A stretch of DNA of 64,000 bases from Scyliorhinus canicula (lineage: Eukaryota). Shown piece after piece: positions 1 to 13,866 of this stretch. Position 1 is the stretch's first letter. Each line of letters begins with the position of its first letter. The DNA lies in assembly GCF_902713615.1 (NCBI RefSeq), contig NC_052158.1, forward strand, positions 13,636,546 through 13,700,545. The letters run 5' to 3'. The notes beneath the pieces were generated by a model. The model saw only the letters and a list, made by a program, of their open reading frames with translations. It was not told where the DNA came from and made no database searches. Made by a program: the position numbers and the translations under genes.

Positions 1-2756
1 GACATGGATAGAGCAGGGCGAGGAATCGCTGTTGCAGGTGCCGGGATTTAGATATTTCAGTAAGTTCAGGGAGGTGGTAAGAGAGGGGGAGGGGTGGAAT
101 TGTTAGTCAAGGACAGTATTACGGTGGCTGAGAGGACATTTGATGAGGACTCGAATACTGAGGTAGTATGGGCTGAGTTAAGAAACAGGAAAGGAGAGGT
201 CACCCTGTTAGGGCTTTTTTATACGCCTCCGAAAAGTTCCAGAGATGTAGACGAAAGGATTGCAAAGATGATTCTGGATAGGAGCGAAGATAACAGGGTA
301 GTTGTTATGGGGGACTTTAACTTTCCAAATATTGACTGGAAACACTATAGTTTGAGTACTTTAGATGGATCCGTTTTTGTCCAATGTGTGCAGGAGGGTT
401 TCCTGATGCAGTATGTAGATAGACCAACAAGAGGCTAGGCCATATTGGATTTGGTACTGGGTAATGAACCAGGACAGGTGTTAGATTTGGAGGTAGGTGA
501 GCATTTTGGTGATAGTGACCACAATTCGATTACATTTACTTTAGCGGGGGAAAGGGATAGGTATAAACCGCAGGGAAAGAGTTATTGCTGGGGGAAAGGC
601 AATTATGATACGATGAGGCAAGACTTAGGATGCATCGCCTGGAGAGGAAAACTGCAGGGGATGGACACAATGGAAATGTGGAGCATTTTCAAGGAACAGC
701 TACTGCGTGTCCTTGAGAAGTATGTACCTGTTAGGCAGGGAGGAAGTGGTCGAGTGAGGGAACCATGGGTTACTAAAGCAGTTGAATCACTTGTCAAGAG
801 GAAGAAGGAGGCTCATGTGAAGATGAGACGTGATGGTTCAGTTGGGTCGCTTGAGAGTTACAAGTTAGCTAGGAAGGCTCTAAACAGAGAGCTAAGAAGA
901 GCCAAACGAGGACATGACAAGTCTTTGGCAGGTAGGATCAAGGATAACCCTAAAGCTTTCTATAGGTATGTCAGGAATAAAAGAATGACTAAGGTAAGAG
1001 TAGGGCCAGTCAAGGACAGTAGTGGGAAGTTGTGCGTAGAGTCCGAGGAGATAGGAGAGGTGCTAAATGAGTATTTTTCGTCAGTATTCACACAGGAAAA
1101 AGACAAAGTTGTCCAGGAGAATACTGAGATACAGGCTACTAGACTAGAAGGGCTTGAGGTTCATAAGGAGGAGGTGTTAGCGATTCTGGAAAGTGTGAAA
1201 ATAGATAAGTCCCCTGGGCCGGATGGGATTTATCCTAAGATTCTCTGGGAAGCTAGGGAGGAGATTGCTTAACCGATGGCTTTGATATTTAAGTCATCTT
1301 TGTCTACATGAATAATGCCAGAGGACTAGAGGATAGCAAATGTTGTCCCCTTGTACAAGAAGGGGAGTAGAGATAACCCCGGTAACTATAGGCCAGTGAG
1401 CCTTACTTCTGTTGTGGGAAAAGTCTTGGAAAGGTTTATAAGAGATAGGATGTATAATCATCTGGAAAGGAATAATTTGATTAGAGATAGTCAACATGGT
1501 TTTGTGATGGGTAGGTCGTGCCTCACAAACCTCATTGAGTTCTTCGAGAAGGCGACCAAACAGGTGGATGAGGGTAAAGCAGTTGATCTGGTGTATATGG
1601 ATTTCAGTAAAGCGTTTGATAAGGTTCCCCACGGTAGGCTATTGCAGAAGATACAGAGGCATGGGATTCAGGGTGATTTAGCAGTTTGGATCAGAAATTG
1701 GCTAGCTGATAGAAGACAAAGAGTGGTGGTTGATGGGAAATGCTCTGACTGGTGTCCAGTTACTAGTGGTGTGCCACAAGGATCTGTTTTGGGGACGTTA
1801 CTGTTTGTCATTTTTATAAATGACCTGGAGGAGGGCGTAGAAGGATGGGTGAGTAAATTTTCAGATGACACTAAATTCGGTGGAGTTGTGGACAGTGCAG
1901 AAGGATGTTACAAGTTACAGAGGGACATAGATATGCTGCAGAGCTGGGCTGACAGGTGGCAAATGGAGTTTAATGCAGAAAAGTGTGAGGTGATTCATTT
2001 TGGAAGGAATAACAGAAAGGCAGAGTACTGGGCTAATGGTAAGATTCTTGGTAGTGTGGACGAGCAGAGAGATCTCGGTGTCCATGTCCATTGATCCCTG
2101 AAAGTTGGCACCCAGGTTGAGAGGGTTGTTAAGAAGGCGTACGGTGTGTTAGCTTTTATTGGTAGAGGAATTGAGTTTCGGAGCCATGAGGTCATGTTGC
2201 AGTTGTACAAAACGCTGGTACGGCCGCATTTGGAGTATTGTGTGCAGTTCTGGTCGCCACATTATAGGAAGGATGTGGAAGCATTGGAAAGGGTACAGAG
2301 GAGATTTACAAGAATGTTGCCTGGTATGGAGGGAAGATCATATGAGGAAAGGCTGACGGACATGAGGCTGTTTTCGGTAGAGAGAAGAAGGTTAAGAGGT
2401 GACTTAATTGAGGCATACAAGATGATCAGAGGATTAGATAGGGTGGTCAGTGAGAGCATTTTTCCTCGGATGGTGATGTCCAGCACGAGGGGACATAGCT
2501 TTAAATTGAGGGGAGATAGATATAGGACAGATGTCAGAGGTAGGTTCTTTACTCAGAGAGTAGTAAGGGCGTGGAATGCCCTGCCTGCAACAGTAGTGGA
2601 CTCGCCAACACTAAACGCATTCAAATGGTCATTGGATAGGCATATGGACGATAAGGGAATAGTGTAGAGGGACTTGAGAGGGGTTTCACAGGACGGCGCA
2701 ACATCGTGGGCCAAAGGGCCTGTACTGCGCTGTAATGTTCTATGTTCTATGTTCTA
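1..2756 (+). mobile_element. CR1-clade LINE, ORF2 (endonuclease end + reverse transcriptase) with stops/frameshifts, 3' UTR and (TTCTATG)n tail; 5' end outside window
   Basis: ORFs 94-438, 445-1272, 1351-2094, 2146-2667 carry VMGDFNFPNIDW, KSPGPDGI, YRPVSLTS, QHGF, DFSKAFDKV, GVPQGSVLG, YKTLVRPHLEYC; ends with gggcctgtactgcgctgtaatgttctatgttctatgttcta. Confidence 0.97.
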
Positions 2757-2759
2757 ATG

Positions 2760-4690
2760 CTCTTTGGACTCGGGCTCGAATCCTGCCATGGCAGGTGGTT
2801 GAATTTAAACTTAATAAAACATGATGACCTTTACCGTGGTTTATAGAAAACACCTGGGTGGCTCATTGCCGCCCTGTTCTGGTCTACATGTAACTCCAGA
2901 CCCACAGCAATGTGGTTGACTCTTCAATATCTCGCAAGTCACTCAGTTGTTTCAACCAATACAAGTCATCAGATCTCTGATCTGGAGCTGTGAATGGTGG
3001 TACACAATTAAATAATTCACTGGAGGAAGCTCCACAAATATCCCCATCTTCAATGATGGAGCAAACCAGCACATTAGTTCAAAAGCTAAGGCTTAAGACT
3101 TTGCAACAATATTCAGCCGGAAGTGCCGAGTGGATAATCCATCCCGCCAGCCTCTAGAGATCCCAGCATCACAAATTTCAGTCTTCAGCCAATTCGATTC
3201 ACTTCGCATAATATCAAGAAACGGCTGAAGGCACTGGATACTGCAAAAGGTAAGGGCCCTATGCTGCTCCTGAACTTGGCAAGCCCATAGCCAAACTTTT
3301 CCAATGTAGCTACAGCATTGTGAAATGTGGGAAATTGTCCGTCTTTGTCCTGGACACAAGAAACAGGACAAATCGAACCCTTCCAATTACCGCCCCACCA
3401 GTCTACTCTGAATCATCAGTGAAATGATGGAACGGGTAAACTATTACACTATCATATGGAACTTACTCAAAAATACCTTGATAGATGATCAGTTAGGGTT
3501 CTTTCCAGACCACTCTGACCTCATTAGATCCTTTGCTCAAACATGGACAGAGTACCTGAATGCGAGAGGTGAATTGACTGCTGTTGACATCAAGGCAGCA
3601 TTTGCCCGAGTATGACATTAGGGATCCCTAGCTAAACCAGAGTCAATGGGAAACAGGGGATAATTTCTCCACTGATTGGAGTCGTACTTGGCAGAAAGGA
3701 AGATGGTTGTTGTGGTTCGAAGTCAATTCTTCCAGCTCCAGGACATCACTGCAAGGCTTCTTCGGGGCAATGCCCTAGGCCCAACCATCTTCAGCTGCTT
3801 CATCAATGATATTCCTCCCATCGTAAGGTCACAAGTGGGAATGTTCTTTGATGACTGAATAACGTTCAGTACCATTCACGTTTCGTCGGATAATGAAGCA
3901 GTCCCACGTCCAAATGCAACAAGACCTGGATCATATACAGGTTCGTCTGACAGCTGGCAAGTAACATTTGTGCCACATGAGAGCCAGACAATGACCATCT
4001 CCAACAAGAGAGGATCTACCCATTACCCCTTGGAATTCAATAGCATTACCATCTCTAGATCCCACACTATCAATCACCTGGGAGGTTACCATTGACCAGA
4101 ATCTGAACTGAACTAGCCATATCAATACTGTGGTACCACAGCAAATAAAAGGCCAGGAATCCTGACTTACCTCCTGCCTCACCAAAGCCTGTCCGCCATT
4201 GACAGGACAGAAGTCAGGTGTCTGATGTATTTCTCTCCATTTGCCTGGATGAATGCAGCTGCAACGACACGCAAGAGTCTCGACCAGCCAGGACGAAACA
4301 GCCCCAATTCATTTCTAACCCTTTCGCAACCATTAATTCCCTCTATTGCCGACTAAGTGTCAGCCTTGTGTACCATCTATACGGTGCACTGCAGGAACTC
4401 GCCAAGTTTCCTTAGGCGGCACCTTCCAAACCTATGACCAACAAAATCAGGAAGAACAGGGGCTGTAGAAACTTGGGAACATCAGCACTTGGAAGTTCCC
4501 CACCCAACCACTCACGATCCTAACTTGGAAATATATCACCACTTTTCCTGTGCCAAATTCATGGAATGGTCTTGCTAACAACACTGTGTGTGCACCTAAC
4601 CCCAGGGACCTCAACGGCTGTAGAAGCCATTTAAGGGCAATTAGGGATAGGCAAAATAAAGAGTGGTCTCGCCAGTGAAGCCCCCATGTC
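2760..4690 (+). mobile_element. Older, degraded CR1-like LINE fragment (second subfamily)
   Basis: Broken RT motifs DIKAAFARV (3424-3615 ORF) and GPTIFSCFINDIP (3676-3858 ORF); same family recurs at 53430-54460. Confidence 0.85.
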
Positions 4691-7409
4691 CTTATGTGTC
4701 TTGGTGTCAAAGTTTGATTTGTACCCTTCAGAGAAAAGATTTGGAACATTAGATTACGTTCAAGGTGATATGGTACATGCAAGTTGTAATCGAAATTGAT
4801 TTTGGGTTTTTGTTTATATGTCCTGCGAATTTCCGATTGTTGATGTGTAATGTGTTATTTTTGTTTCTTCTTCTATTTATTCTTGCTGTGTGCGTGCCAC
4901 CGACAATGCCCAATCCTACTTATCCTGAAAGGGAATGCGTGCCTTCTTACACTGATACAGTTGTACTGATTAAGGAATATTCAAGGTCCTGGTATGAATG
5001 GAGATCCAGGTCTTTTGCCCATTGAGAATGAAACAGCCATCATGTATAATCAAATTCGGATGATGTGTTGCTTGGAGAGGGAAGTGAAACTAGAGACATT
5101 CGAATGCAAATAGTAAAAGGATGGTGTGAGCAAGAATGAGGGAGATTTGAGAGCAAAAGAGAGGGCTGCACATGGAAGCAAATGCCCTAGCTATTTTGTA
5201 CCTGACTTTACAAAGGAAGGAAATGCTACAAAGGTCAGAGTAAAAGAGATTGGTTTCATAAAAAATGTCCACAATATTACTAAGATGAGATGCTAGAAAT
5301 TTGTAAGGAGTTGCATCAAATCAATAAATGACCAGGAGCGGCTATGGTGCATTCCAGGATGCTGGAGCAAGTGTGGGCGGTGGCAAAGGATTTGAGGCTT
5401 GCACATGTTAAATATTTGTTCAGTATCACGTGTAAGCTACCCTGCATCCACAGGCCAATCAGGTTATCCTCAATGGTGCAAGAACTGCCCAAAATTAGAA
5501 ATAGTGATAAAATTGGATCAGTAACATAATTTTGATTAAGGACAGTCAGTATGAATTTGTCAAAATTACATTTTGTCAAAATTCATTAATTTGTTTGATG
5601 AGGTAACCAAGAGGTTTGATGAGAGTAATGCGGGTTGTAAGATTATTAGGTTTGAACCATAGCTGCAATTGTTAAAATCTCATCATTAGAAAGTCGTACT
5701 GACTTTGCTAGAAATACACTTTGCTGGTTGGTAAAGTGAGCGAACTTAGGAATAGGGCGCAGTAAAGCCAAAAGACGAGACATTGTGACCATGGGAATAT
5801 TATGCAAAGTGCCAATAAAGCTTCCTCACAGCAGAAAGTCACGACATTGAAAGTGCCTGTGTGGCTGCTTATTCATGTACAATACAGGATTAGAAAATCT
5901 AGGCCCCTATAGGAAATCAAACCTGGAAACGTTGAGACAAGAGACTCAATGATGATGGCCACATAAAAGGGACTGCGTTGCTCACACTGGGGTGCAAAGA
6001 GGGTTGGGATTGATTGGAGGAGTTAATTGAATAGCAGTCGAGATAAAAGATAAACTATCAGGTATGAGTTTTGCAATGCAGAGAAAGAAGCCATCCAGAA
6101 ACAAGAACACAAAATGCAACAAACAAGGATATGGAAGAGAATGAAAGATCAACCCAAACACCAAAACTCGAAAGCTGCGAGAGAAACCATGTCCAGATCA
6201 TGACAGGCGCATTGTAATTCACATACCAACATAGGAATTAGGAGCAGTAGTAGGCCAATGCGCCATTTAACAAGATCATGGCTTTTCTTTTCTTTCTTTC
6301 ATGTGAGGTGGGCGTACCTGGCTGGCCCAGAATTTATTTCCCATTCTAATTGGCTTCACGGGGGATGTTTTTTTACGGTCAACCATATTGCTGCGAATCT
6401 GGAGTCACATCTAGGCAGACTAGGTAAGGATAAACGATATCCCTCCCGAGCAAACAACAGTGGTTTCATCGTCATTATTAAACTAGTTTTGTATTCAAAT
6501 ATCACCATCTGCCGTGGTCCACTGGAATACGTGTCCAGTGATAATGCCACTATGCTGATCCAATTGTCTCTGCAACCCATTGTTCCCGATAACCTTTTGT
6601 CCCTTGTTAAACAATAATCATCAATTCTGCATTCAAAATATTCAAAGATTCTGCTTCCAATGCCTTGTGAGGAGAAGAGTTACAGCGCCTCACAACCATC
6701 TGAAAGAAAAATATCTCCTCACCTTTGTCTTAATTAAGAAACAGTTTATTTTTAAACAGTGATCCACCCCAGTCCTATGTTCTCGCACAAGAGGAAACCT
6801 CCTCTCCACGTATGCCTTGCCAATTCCACTCAGGATCTTAACGTGTTTGATAATGTCGCCTCTTAATCTTCTAAACTCTCGTGGATACAAAGCTAACCTC
6901 TCCAATATTTATCCATGTGCAACTGTAAATCACAGCCCAGGTTTACTTATTTTGTATTTAATCTTTCATGCGATTTTGCCTTCACTGGTTTTTTGTCCAG
7001 TCCAAAATGGCCTTAAGGCAGTGATAGCGAACTACCATTTTCAACTGCTGCAATACATGTGTTGTAGGTCCACCCACAATGTTTTTCGGGAGGGACTTTC
7101 AGTATTTTGACTCAGCTACATCGAAAGGACGGCCGAAAAATTCCGAGGGCAGGATTGTGAGTGACATTCAGAGGCGCTTGCAGGTGGTCGTGCTCCCATA
7201 TGTTTGTTTCAAAACATCATTCACAACAATGCTCTTCTCGCTCGATGATACGTGAATTATAGGGGTGTTCTGTCTAAGAAAAGGGAAGGACCTGCAGTTC
7301 AGCAGTCCCGTCATCGTTTTTTCTGGGAGAGAATGTGGGAGGCCACTTGCAGATACATCTGTGATCAAATGCACTGACAGAAATATATAAATATACGATA
7401 ATAGAAAGG

Positions 7410-9215
7410 GGGAGGGACAGAGCTGGAGGGGCTCCCGTTCAAAATGGCCCAGAACAGATTCCGTTATCTGGGGATCCAGATAGCCAGAGACTGGACAACA
7501 GATTCACAAGTGGAACCTGACCAGACTGGTGGAGGAAGTAAGAAGAGACCTTCAAAGGTGGGGCTCACGCACACTCTCCCTGGTGGTAAGAGTGCAGACG
7601 ATCAAGGTGAACGTACTGCCAAGGTACATCTTCCTGTTTAGATTCATCCCGATCTTCATCCCCAAGGCCTTTTTCCAAAATCTAGACAGTCTAATCATGG
7701 CGTTTGTGTGAGGGGAGAGTGAGGGGTGGGGGGGGGTTGGCCTTACCAAACCTACAATGCTACCAAAGAGTGAGGGGATGGGTACAAGAACCCGACACAG
7801 ATTGGGTACGAATGTAGGAGGCATCTTCCGGGGCTTGGTCACAGCAGCACTCCCATCCTCCTCAACAAGATACACAACGAGCCCAGTGGTAGCGGTCACA
7901 CTGAGAACGTGGACCCAGTTGAGACAACACTTCGTGATAACCAAAATGTCTCCCATGGCTCCCATATGCGGCAATCAGAGATTCCCTCCAGCCATGCAGG
8001 ATACTACCTTCAAAAGATGGAGGTGGGACGGGGGCACACTGACAGTCGTGTACTACTATGTAGGGCACAAATTGGCGACACGAGATGAACTGACAAGGAA
8101 GTGGAAGCTAGCAAAAGGACAGGAAATTAGACACCTCCAAATAAAACACTTCCTCCGCAAAGAGGCAGTAGGGTACCCCGGGGCCCCAGAAACCAAATTA
8201 CTGGAGGACCTGATAGGCACAAGCAACGAGATGGGGGAACTATGTGGGAAAATATACAACAGCTACTGGATAGAGCCTGGACTCCACTGGTCAGAAATGG
8301 GAGGACGAACTGGGAGCAGAGGTAGGATGGGAATCTGGAGCGAAGCACTGAGCAAGGTGAACTCGACCTCCTCCTGCCTTATACAGCTCAAAGTGGTGCA
8401 CAGAGCGCACCTGACCAGAACCCGAATGAGCAGGTTCTTTCAGGAAGTGGAGGACAAATGTGAGCGGCGACAGAGTGGCTCGGCCAACCACACCCACATG
8501 TTTTGGGTTTGCCACAAGCTTGCTGGGTTCTGGACAGCCTTCTCCGAGGCAATGTCCAAGGTTGTGGGGATGAGAATGAAGCCATGCCCACTAGTGGCAA
8601 TCTTCGGGGTATCGGAGCAACCAGAGTTACACTAGCTTTCGCTCCCCTAATCGCACACTGGAGAATCCTGCTCGGCTGGTGATTGGCGGCACCACCCACA
8701 GCTGCAGACTGGCTCACTGACAGTTCAGAATTTCTCCACCTGGAGAAGATTAAGTACACCACCCGAGGGTCAGAGTAGGCTTCCTGGATACTTGGGAGCA
8801 GTTTGTCGGTCTGCCCCAAAACCTGTTCGAGGCCAGCAAGGAGGAGTAACCTAACAAGATCTTTTTTTAAAACACCAAAAGACTGCGCAACCGGAGGGGG
8901 GGGGGTGGTGGAGGCGGAAGGAAGGTGGGAAAACCACGAGAGATGGTCAGGGCTACCCTCCCTTTTTTTCCATTGAGTCTGTAAAATAAATAAAAGCACG
9001 GCTGAAGCCATGGGGGGAGGGAGGGGGAGGGCGGTGGAGGGAGGGGGTGGACAGCGGGGAAGGGGGCGGAACCATAGACTGATCCGGAGGGCAACGAAAT
9101 GCACATAGGGTCAGTTAAACGAAGGACAAACTAAACCTTTCTGGATGATAAAGGACTGATGATAAACAACTGTTTATAAATATGGTAAATGCCAATAAAA
9201 AGATCTAAAAAAATG
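7410..9215 (+). mobile_element. 5'-truncated, degraded Tx1/L1-clade LINE (ORF2 C-terminal part and 3' UTR)
   Basis: FRYLGIQI, KVNVLPRYIFLF, RYTTSPVVAVTL, LIQLKVVHRAH, HTHMFWVCHKL match the 22343-27945 element; G-rich 3' UTR and AATAAA near 9196. Confidence 0.9.
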
Positions 9216-10119
9216 ATATATACTTTGGCCAAAACCCTCATCACTTCTTTGTGCCGTATCCCTCCATATCCATCCTATTCGTGTATTTGTCGAGATGCCT
9301 TTTGAACGCTGGATCGTACAAAACAGTGCAGCGAATCGAATTATTATTATTATTTGTCTATACATTTCCCCATAAATTGTCTGCAACTCTTTGGTTCTGA
9401 TTTTGACTTAAGTATAAAACTCTTAAGCTAAAATATCCCAGAAGCGGTTCACAGTTCCGCAGAACGCTTATGTTTTTTTCGCCTGGGTTTAGACGCGTTG
9501 CGGCCTCAATATATTTCCCATTTAAACAAAGACAAATTGCATCTACTCATTCCATCAAATAGTAACGTCTTTATATTAGTTTGTAGAAATGTTAACAAGT
9601 TTTAAAGAGTATCTCATTGTTGATTGGCTCAATGTCGATTGGTCAGCTGTGGAATCATGTACTTGACCTCTTCCGAACACGTCAATACTGTTGAGGTGGT
9701 ACAGAAATTATGCTATTTCCTGCTGGGAAATGAAAAGTAAAAAAACATCGTCAGTGGAATTCAATATTAACCAATATTTTCGTGAAATCACACCTGACCA
9801 CGGTCTTGGGGAAGCTGGGGTTTAACTTCCCGTCATCGGAGGAGCAGGCGTGGATCATGTCCCCGTTGATACTGCCAGTTTGGTAGCCCCGCTAGCCACT
9901 TAATGCGTTAACAAGTGTTAATTGGCTGGAAACCAGAAGTCCACCGCTCATTGGTAATGGAATCCCGGCTCAGAGAGCTCCTGGCGGATCTGCAGCCCTA
10001 CAGTGCCAGAAGCTGCAGTGGTCACACCTGGGACTGCACGCGGTCACCAAAGTCCAATCCGTGGAGTTCCATAGCAATTTACAGCTCGAGAATTGGCCCT
10101 GCGGCCAGTCGTGTCTGCG

Positions 10120-10830
10120 CCTGCCGTCAAGCACCTCTAAGGAGTTATAAGCGGGAGTGGGAGAAGAAGCTGGGGGAGAGATTGAGGTGGGTTATGGAGT
10201 AATACGCTGCGATAGTTAAATTCGACCTCCTTGTGTGCGAAGCTAAGCCTCGTTCAGTTAAAGTGGTGAACAGAGCACACGTGACAGTGTTGCAGATGAA
10301 TTGATTTTGTCCAGGGGTAGACGATAGATGCGGGCGGTGCTCGTGGGACCAGCTAATTTCATCCATTTGTTCTGGGCTTGCCCGAAGTTGGAGGAGTTCT
10401 GGAAATCCTTTGCGGAGACTATGCCGGAGATTCTGGGGGTGAGGGTGGTCCCGAGTCCATGGATGGCGATACTTGTGGTGTCCGAAGATCCGGGAACGTA
10501 GTTGGTCTTTGCTTCCCACATAGCCCGGAGGCAGGTTTTATTGGGGTGGCGAGTTCCGAAGCCGCCTAAGTGGCAGGGTGGGTAACCTGGCGGAATTCCT
10601 CCATTTGGAGAAAATACAATTTACTCGAAAAGTCAACTGGAGTGGGGGGGGGGGGGCATTGGGGTTGTTTTACTGTGTTGTGGGTATTGGTTTTTTTAAA
10701 TTATAACTGGAAAATCGATGGGGTTGGGACATGGAGGGGTATTGCATTGAGACTGTGTTTGTAGGTGATGATTATTTGTGTTCTCTGCTTTATAAATAAC
10801 TGGACTATTACTTGAATAAAAATATATTTG
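10120..10830 (+). mobile_element. Degraded Tx1/L1 3' fragment
   Basis: REWEKKLGE, VVNRAH and atccatttgttctgggcttgcccgaag resemble the ORF2 C-terminus of the other copies. Confidence 0.75.
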
Positions 10831-11530
10831 TCAAGAAAACTGATATAGGTATGTTCTTCATTAGTAAGGAGATTGTGGGGTTACGGAGAGAAGGCAGGAG
10901 AATGGGGATAAGAAAACTATCAGCCATGATAGAATGGCAGACAGAGCAGACTAGATGGGCCGAATGGCCGAATTCTTCTCCTGTATCTTGTGGTCTAAGT
11001 GTCACATTTCATACATAGGAACCCATTCTCTGCAAAGAATATCAATATGTTCCAGCCTTGCACCTTTATTTTGAATACCCGACCCTTGTTGAGCCTAAAA
11101 TCCACGTTGATGTCTCCATGGAAATGTATTGGCCAATCCGAGTCGGCTGGCCAACTAATGATTGTTTGAAATTTGGTATTCTTGTGTTTGGCCTGGTGAA
11201 CGCAAGACAAAAAGCGCCAGCTACATTTCCGCGTTTCGAAGTTGTTTCACAATTTGAGAGTGAATGCAAAAATTGCACTGAAGCTTGCTTTCCTGAGTAA
11301 AAGTCGTGACTGACAAAATCCAAGGCACATTGAACAATTTAGCTGAAAACTGGTGTTAAATTGACCTGTTAACTCCAGTTTATACTGTTAGCGTGTGCCA
11401 AGAATTATTGAATACATTCCTTACATATTAAGGGAAACAACGACTAAGCAAATTACTCCCGGCATACAATTAGCTTCCAGGACGTCAGCTATGAAAATAA
11501 ATTAGTTTAGGTCACTGGTCCTTCGGAACA

Positions 11531-11541
11531 TCAATTCAAAC
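11531..11541 (-). CDS. Gene A candidate terminal coding exon (A|GT TTG AAT TGA, S-L-N-stop); an alternative acceptor at 11342 gives T-K-L-F-N-V-P-W...
   Basis: Acceptor gtgattccccacag, 80-nt intron, phase 1 matches; cannot choose between the two acceptors. Confidence 0.4.
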
Positions 11542-11621
11542 CTGTGGGGAATCACTTTGCTTTCTCAGGTTTCTACTTGATTGCTTGCAGAATTATCCAA
11601 AATCACACCTGTGCAACTCAC

Positions 11622-11652
11622 TGCAATTGCCCACATCTTCCAGTTCCAAGCC
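11622..11652 (-). CDS. Gene A cytoplasmic micro-exon (GLELEDVGNC, 31 nt, phase 0 to 1)
   Basis: Acceptor tttcttctactttaaaag, donor A|gtgagt; completes YT|GL with the preceding exon. Confidence 0.7.
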
Positions 11653-11745
11653 CTTTTAAAGTAGAAGAAATCCAATTATTTTAGACACTTGTGTTAGAAA
11701 AGGCTTGCTTTAATTTATTCCGGACGTTCTGCAAATATACTTTAC

Positions 11746-11798
11746 CGTGTATGTACATTCCACTTGCGAGTGACGGCCGGTTTTATTCTGTGAGACAT
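11746..11798 (-). CDS. Gene A cytoplasmic exon (DVSQNKTGRHSQVECTYT, 53 nt, phase 1 to 0)
   Basis: Acceptor ttatttcttcgctcacag, donor ACG|gtaaag, open and in phase with the TM exon. Confidence 0.72.
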
Positions 11799-12049
11799 CT
11801 GTGAGCGAAGAAATAAACTTGTAAAATTGAATTCCCAAATAATTTATTTAGTGTTGGGACTTTAATAATGTACATCGATGATTGATTCGCCTCCCACTAA
11901 TAAGCAGAAGCCATTCCTTCCAATTGATGATGTGATTATTAGCATATCGCCACATGCCAGTTCTGTGGTTGATAGGGTTGTCCTCAAAATGTTATCAGTT
12001 GACAATTTCTACAAACATCACAATGGAGGTCAGGTTATTATAGGTGTAA

Positions 12050-12650
12050 TGTTTCATGGTATCAAAATGATTTTTTACAGGTAAAGGATGGTCACTTTTA
12101 ACGTTTATTAGAAGGGAATGGTATATATATATATTTATTTTGCAGCTGGACAAGGTCTTGGTGAGTCCACATCTGGAGTATTATGTTTAGTTTCGGATCC
12201 TTTGTTTGAGAAATAAATATGCAACTGCACGAAAAGATTGACACATTCCTGGGAGCAAGGGCTTATTTGAAGAAAGCTTAACAGGTTTGGCCTATACCTT
12301 AAGGGGATTTGATATGGTCGATGCAGAGGATGTTTCCTCGTACTGGGATAGAAGAACTAGAGGTCATAATTTAAGAATAAGAGATCTCCCCGTTTAAGAG
12401 GGGCTAAGAAGGATATTGTTTTCATCTAAGCGGGTCATTAGGGTGTGGAATTCTCTTCTCCAGAAATCAGTTAATTTCATTCAGTGTTGAGTTCGACATA
12501 TTTTTGGCAGACAAGGGAACTCAGAATTATGGGGGGGGGGCGGGGGGGTTGGGCAGGCGGGAATGCGGAGTTAAGGCCACGATCTGGTCAGTCATAATCT
12601 TACCGAATGGCGGAGCAGGCTCAAAGGGCCGAGTGGCCCAATGGTCCTAG
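12050..12650 (+). mobile_element. Highly degraded CR1 3' fragment
   Basis: cacatctggagtatt..., agaactagaggtcataatttaagaataag, ggagcaggctcaaagggccgagtggcc. Confidence 0.7.
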
Positions 12651-12839
12651 ATGCTGCTCCCCTTTTAAATCAGAATGGCGAGGGATATACGTGCTCAATA
12701 TATTCTGGTCAGTCTAAACTCAATGATGAGAACACTACGAGCACTATATTGACGTTAGGCGTGATAATGACAGAAATGAACCATGATACAATGCATAACC
12801 ATTAACGGTGGACAGAGATCTACTTACAGGAATACATAC

Positions 12840-12968
12840 CATCGCATTTCGATTTCAATTTGCATGCTAGTATTATCATGTGTACAATAACTAGGAAGAT
12901 TATTATTTTCCAAAATATAGGTATTAAAGCATTTGCGGGCTCCAGGCAATTTGATTCCTTTATCCTTG
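12840..12968 (-). CDS. Gene A stalk/transmembrane exon: PRIKESNCLEPANALIPIFWKIIIFLVIVHMIILACKLKSKCD
   Basis: Strong acceptor ctttatttttatcttttcag, donor G|gtatgt, 129 nt, phase 1 to 1, ~23-aa hydrophobic run containing Lys, basic stop-transfer KLKSK. Confidence 0.85.
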
Positions 12969-13866
12969 CTGAAAAGATAAAAATAAAGTGTTTTTGCTTC
13001 TATGATTAGGTTCATACTAAAGAACAATAAGAGCAATAATAATTGCCCGCCACAAGATAGTTAAATTTCCGCCCGCTGCATCATTGGTGAGGTTACAGCA
13101 ATTTAACTCTGTCGCTACCGATTACAGTCAACACTCTCCGAGCATCAACAAATGATATGAGAGCTGTGTTCCTTCCAGTACAGTGTCTTAGCGGGACCGA
13201 GTGCGCAGTGATCTGGACACTCTACTCTTTTCATTGGATTAAAGCCAGCTTTGTGAAGCATGCATTTGTGAACGTTGGAAGTATTGAATAGTGAGCTTTA
13301 TGGCATGTTGACCGAACGGAAACCATGAGGAGGCAGAATATTATAAACATCATAACACTTGAGTTACGTAATATTCTTATTGTAAGAAAGCATTGCTCTC
13401 GATGCAATGTATGTGATAGTAGTGGTGTTTAGGCGGTTGCAAATGTAACCATCACGTAGGAAAAGGACCAAATTGGAATTTACTGAAGAGCTCTATTATG
13501 CTGACTTTGTGCTGGTTATATCACATCACGCAATGGCAGCGCAAGTCACTTGTGTGTGAAATGCCGCTGCCGGTTACTCAAGGCCCTTCATTTATCGCCA
13601 ACAATTTAAGGCGGATATTAAAATTTCGTCAAATTAACGTTGCGCCGTCTTATTTTCAGGCATCTTTTCTCTCCTTAGATCACTCAGGTGGAGGACTACA
13701 CTGTATTCCGCGGAACATCTCAAATGGTTGCATCAACATTGGAATAGCAAGCGGTAAACTACTTAAACGTTAGTTAGAACAGAGAAAACGGGATCGCAAC
13801 AATCTGACACGTGTACAAATAGCGCAGTTTTATTTTACGAAGCACGTGTTTATGTTTATTACTTAC

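Noticed and set aside
5982-6170. Hydrophobic minus-strand frame after acceptor tggtttctctcgcag
   Set aside because: Two frames are hydrophobic only because of T-richness; the phase-1 frame stops at once; no donor or context
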